A DNA stretch of 64,000 nt from NCBI RefSeq assembly GCF_009914755.1, contig NC_060944.1. One strand, written 5' to 3'. This document shows, piece by piece, positions 1 through 52,183 of this stretch. The DNA is from the human T2T-CHM13v2.0 reference genome, Homo sapiens. The notes beneath the pieces were generated by a model, which did no database searches, was not told the DNA's origin, and saw only the letters and a list, made by a program, of their open reading frames with translations. Position numbers and translations under genes: made by a program. Each line of letters opens with the position of its first letter. Position 1 is the first letter of the stretch.

Positions 1-1642
1 GAGGATTGCTTGAGCCCAGGAGTTCGAGGCTGCAGAGAACTATGATCTTTCAAATTATTATTATTATTACTATTATTATTTTGAGACAGAGTCTCGCTCT
101 GTCGCCCAGACTGCAGTGCAGTGGCACGATCTCAACTCACTGCAACCTCCACCTCCTGGGTTCAAGCAATTCCTCGTGCCTCGGCAGCCCAAGTAGCTGG
201 GATTACAGGCGCACACCACTACACCTGGCTTATTTTTGCATTTTCAGCAGAGATGGGGTTTCACTCTGTTGGCCAGGCTGGTCTCCAACTCCTGACCTCA
301 AGTGATCCACCCACCTCAGCCTCCCAAAGTGTTGGAATTACAGGCATGAGCCACCCTGTCAGCTTGTAATGAGCTATGATCTCACCACTGCACTCCAGCC
401 TGGGCAACAGTGAAACCCTGTGTCAAAGTAAAAAAAAAAATAATAATAACGGGAAACCATAAAAGTACCAGAAGAATTCCTGCAAGAATGTTTGTATCAC
501 TCTGAAGTGGAGAAGACTCTTTTAACTATAACACAAAATTCGGAATCCTTAAAGGAAAAGATCAATTCATTGACTCAGGAAAATAAAAAATGTGATAAGA
601 GGAAATACAAAGACAAATGATAAACTGGAAAAAATTTGCATCTCAGAGAGGATGATTTCACAAATTTCATGACATGTAAGGAATTACTTTGAATAGCAGA
701 ATGATTAACAACCCAATGAAAAATGATTAAAAGATAGCAACAGGCTGGGCGCTGTGGCTCACGCCTGTAATCCCAGCACTTTGGGAGGCCGAGGCAGGCG
801 GATCACGAAGTCAAGACATGAAGACCATCCTGGCTAACACGGTGAAACCCCGTCTCCACTAAAAATACAAAAAAATTAGCCAGGTGTGGTGGCAGGTGCC
901 TGTAGTCCCAGCTACTCGGGAGGCTGAGGCAAGAGAATGGCGTGAACCCGGGAGGCGGAGCTTTGTGAGCCGAGATCGTGCCACTGCACTCCAGCCTGGG
1001 CGACAGAGCAAGACTCCGTCTCAAAAAAAAAAAAAAAAAAAAAAAAAAAAGATAGCAACAGACAGTTCATGGGAAAGGAAAAACAAATGGTTCTTAGAAA
1101 TAACAATGTAGGCTGGGCGCCGTGGCTCACGCCTGTAATCCCAACACTTTGGGAGCCCAAGGTGGGCAGATCACCTGAGGCTGGGAATTTGATACCAGCC
1201 TGACCAACATGGAAAAACCCCGTCTCTACTAAAAATACAAAATTAGCCAGGCATGGTGGCACATGCCTGTAATTCCAGCTACTTGGGAGGCTGAGGCAGG
1301 AGAATTGCTTGCACCCAGGAGGCGGAGGTTGCAGTGAGATAGCGCCATTGCACTCCAGCCTGGGCAACAAGAGTGAAACTTCCTCTCAAAAAAAAAAAAA
1401 AAAAAGAAAAAAGAAAAAAAAAAAACAAAGAAACAACAACGTAATGGCTGGGCCGCTGGCTCATGCCTGTAATCCTGGCACTTTGGGAGGCCGAGGCGGG
1501 TGGATCACTTGAGGTCAGGAGAATAGCCTGAACCCAAGGAGGCGGAGGTTGCAGTGAGCCGAGATCACACCACTGCACTCCAGCCTGGGCGACAAAGCAA
1601 GACTCCATCTAAAAAAAAAAAAGAAAGAAAGAGAAAAAAAGA

Positions 1643-1980
1643 GGCCGGGCGCGGTGGCTCACGCCTGTAATCCCAGCACATTGGGAGGCCGAGGCGGGCG
1701 GATCACGAGGTCAGGAGATCAAGACCATCCTGGCTAACACAGTGAAACCCCGTCTCTACTAAAAATACAAAAAATTAGCCGGGCAAGGTGGCGGGCGCCT
1801 GTAGTCCCAGCTACTCGGGAGGCTGAGGCCGGAGAATGGCGTGAACCCCGGGGGGCGGAGCCTGCAGTGAACTGAGATCGCGCCACTGCACTCCAGCCTG
1901 GGCGACAGCGAGACTCCGTCTCAAAACAAAACAAAAAAAAAAAAAAAAGAAGAAGAAGAAGAAGAAAAGAAAGAAAAGAA
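1643..1980 (+). mobile_element. AluY of the Ye-like lineage
   Basis: gaaccccggggggcggagcctgcag and gggcgacagcgagactcc variants. Confidence 0.55.
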
Positions 1981-2442
1981 ATAGCAACATGAGGCCAGGT
2001 GTGGCAGCTCACGCCTGTAATCCCAGCACTTTGGGAGGCCGAGGCCGGCAGATCTCCTGAGCTCAGGAGTTTGAGACCAGCGTGGCCAACATGACGAAAT
2101 AAAAATAGCCCGGCGTGGTGGCGCATGCCTGTAATCCCAGCTCCTCTCGAGGGGAGAATCATGAATCGTTGAAACCCAGGAGCCGGAGGCTGCAGGCTGC
2201 AGTGAACAGACATGGCACCACAGTACCCCAGCCTGGGTGACAGCGAGACTCTGTCTCAAAAAGGAAAAAAAGAAAAAAAAAAAAAGAAACAGCAACGTGA
2301 ATTCAAGGATATTAACAGAAGCACAGTTTGTAATAACAAAAGTTTAGAAATAACATCAATGGTTCGGACGTGGTGGCTCACGCCTGTAATCCTAGCACTT
2401 TGGGAGGCCGAGGCAGGCGGATTGCCTGAGCTCGGGAGTTCA

Positions 2443-2744
<302 letters not shown>

Positions 2745-4262
2745 TTAAGAAAAAAAAAAAAAACGAGGAAGGACCCCATAAAGAGAATGAAAAAGCAAGT
2801 CGCAGATTTGGAGAAAACATTTGTAAAATAAAAAGTTGTATTTGGAATACATACATATATACATATACATAATTTTCTTTTCTTTTTCTTTTCTTTTTTT
2901 TTTTTTGCGATGGAGTCTTGCTCTGTTGCCCAGACTGGAGTGCAGTGGCGCGATCTCAGCTCACTCCACCTCTGCCTGCCGGGTTCCACTGCTTCTCCTG
3001 CCTCAGCCTCCCGGGTAGCTGGGATTACAGGCATGTGCCACCAGGCCCAGCTAATTTTTGTATTTTTAGTAGAGACGGGGGTTTTGCCATGTTGCCCAGG
3101 CTGGTCTCGAACTCCCGACCTCACGTGATCCAACCTCCTCGGCCTCCCAAAGTGCTAGAATTACAGTCATGAGCCACGGTGCTGGGCCTACGATTTTCAT
3201 TTTTATTTTTTTCTTCCAGTCAGAATCTTGTTCTGTTGCCCAGTCTGGATAGCTTGATCTTGGATCACTGCAGCCTCAAACACCTAGGTTGAAGCAAACT
3301 TCCTGCCTCAGCCTCCCAAGTAGCTGGGAATACAGGTGCACACCACCACCGCCAACTCATTTTTTTTAATTCTTATTAGAGACAAGGGGCTCACTATGTT
3401 GCTCAGGCTGGTCTCTAACTCCTGGCCTCAAGAAATCCTCTGGCCTCAGCCTACCAAAAGTGCTGGGATTATAGGCGTGAGCCACACTGCCCAGCCATAT
3501 CTGGAATATATTAAGAACTCTTACAGCTTAGCAATAAGAAAAACAAATGGGCAAAAGATCTGTACAGACATTTTGCCACAGAAGTTTATAAAAGTATATG
3601 AGTGGCAAATGAGCATATAAAAAGATGTCATTAGGAAATGCAAATAAAACACACATATACATACACATGGGATATACCATTACACATTTATTAGAATGTC
3701 TAAAATTAAAAATAAAAATAGGCCGGGCGCGGTGGCTCACGACTGTAATGCCAGCACTTTGGGAGGCCGAGGTGGGCAGATTATGAGGTCAGGAGTTCAA
3801 AACCAGCCTGATCAACCTGGTGAAACCCTGTCTCTACTAAAAATAGAAAAATTAGCTGGGTGTGTGCCTGTTATCCCAGTTTACTCAGGAGCCTGAGTCA
3901 GGAGAATGACTTGAACCCAGCAGGTGGAGGTTGTAGTAAGCTGAGATCATGCAACTGCACTCCAGCCTGGGCAACACAGCAAGACTCCATCTTACAAATA
4001 AAAAATAAAGAAATAATATATAAAAATAAGAATGGGATGGGCATGGTGGCTTATGCCTGGAATCCCAGCACTTTGGAAGCCCAAGACAGACAGATCACTT
4101 GAGGTCACTAATTCAAGACTAGCCTGGCCCACATGATAAAACTCCATCTCTACTAAAAATACAAAAATGGCCAGGCACTGTGGCTCCCGCCTGTAATTTC
4201 AGCACTTTGGGAGGCCGAGGCGGGCAGATCACGAGGTCAGGAGATCAAGACCATCCTGACTA

Positions 4263-4709
<447 letters not shown>

Positions 4710-4738
4710 TCACGCCTGGCTGATTTTTTTTATTTTGA

Positions 4739-5279
<541 letters not shown>

Positions 5280-5897
5280 TGAACTCCAGACCTCAGGTGA
5301 TCCAACTGCCTCAGCTTCCCAAAGTGTTGGGATTACAGATGTCAGCCACTGCACCCGGCCATATTTTTTTATAATTTGTAGAGATGGGATCTCACTATAT
5401 TGCCCAGGCTGGTCTGCAACTCGTGGCCTCAAGAGGTCCTCCCACCTTGGCCTCCCAAAGTGTTGGGGTTACAGGTGTGAACTGCTGCACCCAGCCAGGA
5501 ACTCTTATTCATTGCTGATGGGAATGCAAAATGGTACAGCCACCTGGTATGACAGTTTGGCAGTTTCTTACAAAGTTTAAGATATACTTATCATACAACC
5601 CAGCAGTCCCAGTCCTAGGTGTTTACACAACTTAATTAAAAACTTATATTCACACTAAAATCTTACACCCATGTTTATAGTAGCTTAATTCATAAGAGCC
5701 AAAACCTGGAGACAATCAAAATGTCCTTCAACAGGTGACTGGATAAACAAACTGGTACATTTGTAAAATGGAATCCAACTCAGTAATAATAAAGAACAGG
5801 AGCGGCCAGGTGCGGTGGCTCAGGCCTGTAATCCCAGCACTTTGGAAGGCCGACGCGGGCGGATCACAAGGTCAGGAAATCGAGACCATCCTGGCTA

Positions 5898-6158
<261 letters not shown>

Positions 6159-7540
6159 CTAGGTGGAAAAAACTTAGACCCAAAAGCCCCCATATTGTTT
6201 GCTTCCATTTCTATGGCATTCTGGAAAAGGTAAAATTATAGGGACAGCAAATACATCAGGCCCAGTGCAGTGGCACTTTGGGAAGCCCAGGAGGGAGGAT
6301 CACCTGAGCCCAGGAGTTTGAGACCAGCCTGGGCAATATAGTGAGATGCCGTCTCTACCAAAAAAACCCACAAAAAGTAGCCAGGTATGGTGGTGCACGC
6401 CTGTAGTCTCAGCTGCTCAGGAGGCTGAGGCAGGAGGATCACTTAAGCCTGGGGGACTGAAGCTGCAGTGAGCCGTGATCATGCCACTGCACTCTGCACT
6501 TCAGCCTGGGCACAGAGTAAGACCCACTCTCAAAAAAAAAAAAAAAAAAAAGAAGAAGAAGAAGAAAAGAAAAGAAAAGAAAAGAAAACAGATCAGTGAG
6601 ATCAGTGGTTGTCAAGGGCTGGGGAAGGGAAAGGAAGTTGATGGAACTGTTCTCTATGCTACTAAAATGGTAGATATATGACCGAATATTTCAAAACCCT
6701 TATGCAGTAACCTTTATTGTACACAAATATTTAAGAATAAACAAGGATGTCTGAGGATACAAGGATGGAATGAAAACTGTGACAAACTAATGTCATTGAT
6801 GAGGAAGGGAGAAAAAAAAGTCACTGACTTAATTAACTTTGGAAAATGTGTTTTGACTGGCTAAGGCAAAAGCCAAAAGAACTGCACATTGACACTGTAC
6901 TCCAGTTGGTAAATTTGTCTCTCACAAAAATGGGGAATATTGGCCTGGGCATGGTGACTAACGCTTGTAATCCCAGCACTTTGGGGGGCTGAGGCGGGAG
7001 GATCACCTGAGATCAGGAGTTCAAGAGCACCCTGGCCAATATGGCAAAACACCATCTCTACTAAAAATATAAAAATTAGCCAGGCGTTGTGGCAGGCACC
7101 TGTAATTCCAGCTATTCAGGAGGCTGACGCAGTAGAATCGCTTGAATCCGGGAGGCAGAGGTTGCAGTGAGTCAAGATCACACCACTGCACTCCAGCCTG
7201 GGTGACAGGGCAAGACTCTGTCTCAAAAAAAAAAAAAAAAAAAATGGGGAGGGGGGAATATTAAAATATTGTGAACTGAATGAAGACAAAATTACATGTC
7301 AGAAATTTGGAGATGCAGCTAAAGAAATACTTAGAGGGAAAGTTGTAGCATTAAATGTTTATATTAGAAAATAAGAAATGCCTCAAATCAGTAACCTAAT
7401 TTTCTACCTTAAGAAACTAGAGGCCAGGCGCGGTGGCTCACGCCTGTAATCCCAGCACTTTGGGAGGCCGAGGCAGGCAGATCACGAGGCCAGGAGATTG
7501 AGACCATCCTGGCTAACACGGTGAAACCCCGTCTCTACTA

Positions 7541-7759
<219 letters not shown>

Positions 7760-7896
7760 TCAACTAGAATAGGCTGGGACACCGGGCGTGATGGCTCACA
7801 TTGTAATCCCAGCACTTTAGGAGGCCGAGCTGGGCAGATCTCTTGAGGTCGGGAGTTCGAGATCAGCCTGGCCAACATGGTAAAACTCGATCTCTA

Positions 7897-8115
<219 letters not shown>

Positions 8116-8320
8116 TCATACCTGTATTTCTAGCACTTTGGGAGGCTGAGGCAGGAGGATCGCTTTAGCTCAGCTCAGTAGTTCAAGACCAGCTTCAACA
8201 ACGTAGGGAAACCATGTCTCTACAAAAAGAAAAAAAAGAAGAAGAAGGAGAAGGAGGCCAGGCTCCGTGGCTCAACGCCTGTAGTCCCAGCACTTTTGGG
8301 AGGCTGAGGTGGGTGGATCA

Positions 8321-8581
<261 letters not shown>

Positions 8582-9123
8582 TTAAACCCAAAGTAAGTGT
8601 AAGAAAATAAATAATAAAAGACAAGAGTACATATCAATGAGGGGTGGGCATGGTGGCTCACACCTGTAATCCCAATACTTTAGGAGCCCGAGGCGGGCAG
8701 ATCACCTGACGTCAGCAGTTTGAGACCAACCTGGCCAACATGATGAAACCCCATCTCTACCAAAAATACAAAACTTACCCAGGTGTAGTGGTGCATGCCT
8801 TTAGTCCGAGCTATTAGGGAGGCTAAGGCAGGAAGATCGCTTGACCCGGGGAGGCAGAGGTTGCAGCGAACCAAGAACAATAGAGAAAATCTGTGAAACC
8901 AAAAGTGATCTCTTTGAGGAGGGAAAATCAATAAAATTGATAAGTTTCTAACCAGGATGATCAATAAAAAAAGCCAGAATATTTGTGACAGGTCCAGAAC
9001 ATACATATATGCTTTGTAATGGACATAGCTTCTCTGGATTTTAAGGTGACGATTCGAGAGGAAAGCTTGGGGATAAGAGAAGAAAGAGCCCTTTCATTGA
9101 AATACCTTTTAGTATTCTTTTAA

Positions 9124-14730
<5,607 letters not shown>

Positions 14731-14899
14731 TGTCTCTATCTAAAAAGAAAAAAAAAAAAAAGCCATGGGACTTACCCTAGATTTCATTCAAGGTATGGGG
14801 AAGAACTGGCTTCCCAGAGACAAACTGAACATGCAAAGAATAAAGTTGTTTTCTGTCTATACCCTATGCATGAGTCCCACCACCTGATCAATAAATTGG

Positions 14900-15670
<771 letters not shown>

Positions 15671-16279
15671 TTAACCTTTTTCCTGGGCTGGATCTCCTGT
15701 TTCCTGAATTCCATGAGTTCCTTTTGCATAGTTTTCTGCCTCATGCTCCACTCACTTCCTGTCAAAGGGGTGGACACTACATATCTGGAAATGTCTTTTC
15801 GTTCTCACACTTCATGGATAATTTAGCTGGGTATACAATGCTAGGTTAGAAATCATTGTCCTTCAGGAATGGAGTTCTTTCTCATTCCAGGGGGCAAATG
15901 TGTTTCTTAGCTACTTTACACATGTATGAGAAACCAACTTTTTTCTTCCTCCTCTTCTCTCTCTCCTTTTTTTCCTCCTTCTCCTCCTTGTTTCTGGTAG
16001 TGGTGGGGGAAAATTCTACATCACTAGGTTTTCAAACTCTAGAGCTGTCAAAAAGCACACAGCTGTTTTCCTAACACAGACTTTATTTACATAGCAGAAA
16101 AAGGACTTGGCACTTACACTTTGCATATTGTTTGAATTACTGTTAACAGGGAGAGCAGGCTTATGTAATCAAGTCTGGCTTTTCTTGGTTGAAAAACTTG
16201 TTCTTGTATCTTCATAAATGGTAAAAATGACTTTTCTATCATCCCCCATACTGCAACTCTTCCTTTTAATTTTTTCTTT

Positions 16280-19042
<2,763 letters not shown>

Positions 19043-19444
19043 ATTTGCTTTTAATGTGGGGCGATTATAATCAATGCTGAAAAGAACACTCTTGCATTTT
19101 AAAACATGCTTACTTACCCAATTAATTAATTCCCATTGGAAAATCTTAAAGATGGTTAAGATGAGTCACAATTCAGTTTCAGGAAGCAGGTAAATGGGCT
19201 GGAGAAAATAAATCCAGCCTCACCAATGCCACCCTATTTAGTCCTCCCAACAGCCATATAAAGTAGATAAAAAATATCACTACTGTCTCTTTCAAACTCT
19301 GTTTTCAAAAGGTGAGGTATAAGCAATCAAGTAAAATGGAGATGGAAAACTGAAAACCACGAAAAGATCAAGGCTTGCCCATGGAACACAGATAATGTCC
19401 AAGTGATAATCATTCTATGCTTGAATCAGAAGATTTGGGGCCAT

Positions 19445-20109
<665 letters not shown>

Positions 20110-20299
20110 CTAGAGTCAAATGCCTGCCACCCCTCTTACTGTATAGAAGGTAAGCTACTCACTTTCTGGGCTTGGGTTCCTCATCTGTCCAATGGGAATA
20201 GCTCATAGAGTCATGAGGATTAAATTAGATCATGCTTGTGAAGCATCAGGCATGAATTTAGCTCTCTTGCTTTTTCTCTGACTCCACATTGCTAATCAA

Positions 20300-20660
20300 G
20301 TTCAGCCTCATGACCTAATTACTTCCCAAAGCTCCCACCTCCTAATGCATCAGTTGGGGTTAGAATTTCAACACATGAATTTGTGGGGGACACAAACATT
20401 TAGTCCATAACAGAAGGAACATGGGATCAGTTAGGATTAGATTCAGTTGCATGTGACAACAAAACAAAACAACAGTGGTTTCAACAACATAGCAGACAAT
20501 TTGACCTCACATAAATGAAGGCTGAGGAAGTCTGAGGTTGCTAGTCCAAGGCTTACATGGCTGTGCTCCCTAAAGACCTTAGAAGCGCAGGCTCCTTCCA
20601 GCTCTCTGATCCACCATCCTCATCCTCCTGGCCCAAGATGGGAATGAGAGTGACAGCCAC
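20300..20660. mobile_element. MaLR LTR fragments (MST/MLT1-like)
   Basis: Typical LTR end ...gggggacacaaacatttagtccataaca, followed by MLT1-like text. Confidence 0.55.
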
Positions 20661-21240
20661 TCCATCCAAGTCTGTTCCCACTTTGGGGCTTTTGCACTTG
20701 CTGGGTTTTTTTCTTAGAAATCTTCATCTGAGCCTCTTTCTCTGCCTTTGAGTCTCAGCTTTGGAATGTGGTCACCGTCTCAGAGAGGGCTCCCCTAACC
20801 ACATGCCTCAGGCCCCTCTTGTTGACCCGCCTTTTATTCTTCATCTCACTTATATCACCTGTATGTATCACCTGGTTCTGATACCTACCAACCTTCTGAC
20901 CTTGGGCAATTTCCTTAATTTCCTCAAGAGCCTCAATTTCTTCACCTGTAAAATGGGGATATAACAGCACCCATAGGAAACTTACACTTTAGATTCATGA
21001 GAGTGGTTGGCTCTTGAGTGTTGGGGAGAAAAGAAACGGTGATATCTACAGTGTCCACAGCAGAGCTTAGAACAAAGTAGAATCTCAATAATATTTGTGG
21101 GATTAAGGAAAATATTATGTTAATAAACTCATCTTCAGTTGGTGCCACTACTCAATAGTAGAATATTGCTCAACATTGATTACTGAGTAACATTCACCTT
21201 GAGTCTCCGAGAATAAAATCAGTAGAAAACTCCCTGCTTT

Positions 21241-22070
<830 letters not shown>

Positions 22071-22805
22071 TAAAAACTCTCAAAATAAAAAAAATGAATT
22101 GAGGGGAGAAAACTTCATTCTCCTGAGCATAGCTAATGATCTGGGACTGATGTGAAACCCCCAAAGAGAAAAATAAGAAATTTTTTTTTCCTTTTTCCCA
22201 GTCTATTCCTTTTAGACTTGGGTTTGGGAGGGAGATAAAAAGAATGACATGGGACGTGGCAGGGAAGTAGGCTGGGGGTGAAAGTTGAGATCGATTTCAT
22301 AGGAAGGTGAAGCAGATCTCTGAAGCTCCCAACATCTTTGACCTCCAAGGATCTCAGAAGACTTGCTCATTCTTGGGCAAGGCTTTCAAGATCTTCATAT
22401 CTGCCTACATCTTATCCATTGCAAATCATTCTGGGGAATTAGGATGTGAAGGCAGCCAGGATTTGGCCCCATCAAATAAAGAGGTAATAAGATTGCAACC
22501 CACGGGGCACAGATCTCCAAAGAGATGGTGCTGATGTCTCTGAGCCCAGAGGCTCCCATGGGGCTGGGACCCAAACCTTGGAGAATGAGGCGCTGCTCAG
22601 CGTTGCTGGTGCTCTGGCTGGGTACAGAAAAGCTGGTTCTGTGAGTATTAAAAAGAAAAACAAGCAACCCCCCACTCCCCGGCGCTGCCAAATGGAATGA
22701 ATTGCTGCTTCTAGGGAGAAGTGCTGCTGGAGTGACACAGGAATGCGAAATAGAACAAGACCCAAGTTCCCGCTTCCTCCTCCAGTGCTCCGTTCTCTCT
22801 CACAT

Positions 22806-22819
22806 GCGCCCCCTGCTGG
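22806..22819 (-). promoter_or_regulatory. CTCF motif (CCAGCAGGGGGCGC)
   Basis: The reverse complement of gcgccccctgctgg matches the CTCF core CCASYAGRKGGCRS at all 14 positions; it lies in a repeat-free island. Confidence 0.7.
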
Positions 22820-23190
22820 CAGATCCTAACAAGGAACTTGATGGCAAAGTACAAACATGGTTCCTGGAGTCCCACCCCAGGTACATGAGTCAGGTATAGA
22901 AGGGTTAGTTTGAAGCTGACAGTACCGTAATAACGGGCACAGCTTATTAATTTGAAAACTATTAGATGAAACTACACAAAGAACCAAGAACAAAAACTTG
23001 TGTTCCCCAGTACCATTTTGCATCCTTTGTATCCGGAGTTTTTCTTTAGCTGTTGTATATCCTTCCTAACAGTGTCTTTATTTTATAAATAACTAGGAAG
23101 TTACCCAAGACCACACAGTAAGGAGCAGAAGCAGGATTTGAATCAAGGCTGTGTGGCTCCAAAGCCCATCCTGTTTTTTTTTTCCTTTTA

Positions 23191-24560
<1,370 letters not shown>

Positions 24561-24871
24561 AATTACTTAGAATTTTACCACCCAGAAGCAATCACAACTA
24601 ACTGCTTATTGTATTTTCTTCCACAGCTTTTTTTTGTATCTAAATATACACATCTAGAGTTTATAAATGCAACTCTTTAGACTCTCTCACCCTTCCACCC
24701 TCCTCAAATACTGCCACCGTTTTGAGGCCGGAGACAATGGAATTTGCTTACCTAAAAAGCTCCGCCCCTTGATGGCGTCACACGAAACCAACCACGCCCC
24801 ATATTGCCGCATGCGCACTCTTAAGAGGTCGAACGGGGAGGGCGGCAGGGGCTCTGGAACGGAAGTGACGC

Positions 24872-49336
<24,465 letters not shown>

Positions 49337-49543
49337 CTGTCGTGGCCTGAAGAAATTCATGGGGGCAGCCCTTAAATCCCTTCCCTGTGGGAAGTCATCC
49401 TGGCTGGTCTGTCTTTTCTCCATTTGTTTAAAAAAAAAACAAAAACAAAAAACAACACTTTGGTGTGGTGGTATGGTACGTAGCTATTTTCCTAAGCATG
49501 TCTGTCAATCTCCCTTCTTGCTGATTAGCTTTCATATGACTAT

Positions 49544-49549
49544 ATTAAA
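49544..49549 (+). terminator. DDX27: Probable DDX27 polyadenylation signal (ATTAAA)
   Basis: First AWTAAA hexamer after the stop codon, ~210 nt downstream; GT/T-rich sequence follows. Confidence 0.7.
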
Positions 49550-49789
49550 TGGAAGTATTTTTGGGAAAAGAGAAACCAATCCAAGTGTATATCTTATTAC
49601 TATCTCTTCCTCAATGGCAAATGTGCCCACAGTCTACTAGCTTGGTATCACCACATACAGTTGGAATGCATAATCTTTATGCTTGTAGAGGAACAGGGTA
49701 TGGAGTGAGGAAATTCTTGGTAGAAGTTCTCTTCTAGCCTGGGGAACATAACAAGACCCTGTCTCTTAAAAAAAAACAACAACAACAGA

Positions 49790-49894
49790 AAAGTTCTCTT
49801 CTGTTGATACTCTAGAACTAAGAGCTAAATGATAGCTGAAGAAGATAGCTAAATGATAACTCTTAGTTCTAAAACATCAACAGGGGAGAACTTT
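49790..49894. repeat. Imperfect inverted repeat, 35-bp arms, 35-nt spacer
   Basis: aaagttctcttctgttgatactctagaactaagag vs ctcttagttctaaaacatcaacaggggagaacttt; 30/35 Watson-Crick pairs. Confidence 0.9.
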
Positions 49895-50155
49895 AGCATG
49901 AATGCCAACCATGCACCAGATATTCTGTGTGCTGAATAGAATCCAGTCAACTCACTGCACTCCTGTGAGGCAGGCAGTGATATCCTCATTTTCCAATAAA
50001 CAGAGGCTTGGAAAGACTAACTTTCCAGAGTTGCACAGCTGGGAATTCAGGTTTTCAACCAACATCTACTTGAACCCTCACCTTACCTCTTGCTGCTGTG
50101 CTGTGGAAATGCTGCTGGAGAAATGGAAGCCCGAAAAGGACAGAAGGAGCCTTGA

Positions 50156-50440
<285 letters not shown>

Positions 50441-51419
50441 TGAACCACTGTACCTGGCCAAAAACCAGTTTTGATCCTGTAAGAACGTCGGTTCTCATCC
50501 TTTTCTGACTCAGAATGAGATGAAAGCTGTGGGGCCCCACCTGGGAAAACTGTATAGTTTGTTATAATTTCAGGGAGTACTTACCACCCTACCCCCAGCT
50601 TAAAAATTATAAGTTATCCAGTAGCACATACCCTAGATACTAAAGAGTGTGTTCAAAGCTATTCATTCAGGCTGCACCTAAGTCACCAACAGAGGGTCCA
50701 ATTCAGAAAATGATGGCACAACTGTGTGATGGAGTACAGTTCAGACTACTGTCTTACTGGATTTTACAGAAAGTAGGTTATTAGGCTAAAAAAGCCAAGT
50801 GCAGAACTGTGTACTTTTTCTTTTCCTTTTCCTTTTTTTGAAGCAGGGTCTCACTCTTGCCCAGGCTGGAGTGCAGTGGCTTCACTGCTCACTGCAACCT
50901 CGACCTCCCCAGGCTCAGGTGATCCTCCTACCTCAGCCTTTGGAGTAGCTAGGACTACAAGTGCAAGCAACAACACCTGGCTTATTTTTGTATTTTTTTT
51001 TTTGTGGAGATGGTTTCGCCCTGTTGCCCAGGCTGGTCTTGAACTCCTGGGCTCAGGCCATCTGCCCAGTGTGGCCTCCCAAAGTGCTGGGATTACAGAT
51101 GTGAGCCACCATGCCTGGCCTAAGGGATGTGTATTGCATGTGCATAAGTTCTCTCTGGGAGGACTCAGGAAGTTAACAGGGTTTGCCTCTGGAGAAAGAA
51201 ACTTCAGGTATACCCTTTTGTACAGGCTGAAAAAATGTTCTTTTTACCGTGGGTAAAAATGATTCATTCACCAGCTAAATAAAAATCCTGTATCACAAAA
51301 ACAAAATCACAGCCTCACTGTAGACAGTGCCTTCCCTGTGCCCGTCTTCACTGTCTTTGGCTGAGTTGCTTCTGAAAATTGAGGATACACGTGGACCACT
51401 GATTTTCTCAATCATCGTT

Positions 51420-51425
51420 TTTAAT
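51420..51425 (-). terminator. ZNFX1: Probable distal ZNFX1 polyadenylation signal (ATTAAA; adjacent TATAAA at 51430-51435)
   Basis: tttaat on the + strand, ~1.35 kb after the stop codon. Confidence 0.6.
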
Positions 51426-52042
51426 TGGCTTTATAAGCTAAAGTGCATAGTAAAGACAAAAAAAGGAAATGCATACATAGGAAAGGGACACTTAGAAAGG
51501 ACCTGAGATACCTAAATGTCTGTTCTAAGGAACACTGGAAGGAGGGAATGCAGATGCAGGCAGCAGGCCTGGGTCTGGCTTCTGGCCTGGGTTTGGAGCC
51601 TGCAGAAGCTGCTGGCATGCTAGCTCTACCCAGGGAACAGCTCCAAGAGGGAGTGTTGGGATGAAGGATCACACTTGGGATAGGTGCTGCTGGTACCAAA
51701 TGTGATTTTAGCTCCATTCAGGGCCCAGGGGTAACCAGCAGTGCCACCAAACCTGTCAGCAGGTAAAGAAACTTCTACCATCCCAAAGTGCAGGTTACAG
51801 GAAAGGGGTCACTCCTTAATGACGACCTGGGCCTGCTGCATAAGGCCCATCTTATGCAGCATGTGGGCTGTCCCATCTTCCCCACTCTCAGTGACTATGT
51901 AACTGTGTCAGGGTGAGTTGGTGCAGTCTTTTGTCTTATCACGTGCCTCCATCTCCTGGAGGCAGGGTGCCCAAGGAGGGCAGGGAGGGGTTCTTGTGCT
52001 CCTTTAAGGGATAAGCAGTTCATAAACAACTATGGGCCTCTG

Positions 52043-52048
52043 TTTATT
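52043..52048 (-). terminator. ZNFX1: Candidate proximal ZNFX1 polyadenylation signal (AATAAA)
   Basis: tttatt on the + strand within the 3' UTR. Confidence 0.4.
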
Positions 52049-52169
52049 ATGAGAGTTAGTCTGCAAATTAGGGCCTGGCAATTAGAATCGGTCTGCATCA
52101 ATGAGCTCATACTCTGTTCCTGGGGAACAATGTAGAATAAACATCTGACCAAGTAAAGACCCAGAGATA

Positions 52170-52183
52170 CCACTAGGTGGCCC
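52170..52183 (+). promoter_or_regulatory. Candidate CTCF motif (CCACTAGGTGGCCC)
   Basis: 13/14 match to CCASYAGRKGGCRS. Confidence 0.4.

Noticed and set aside
49430-49456. A-rich tract in the DDX27 3' UTR as a poly(A) site or retro-tail
   Set aside because: No upstream signal or TSD; more likely a source of oligo-dT internal priming
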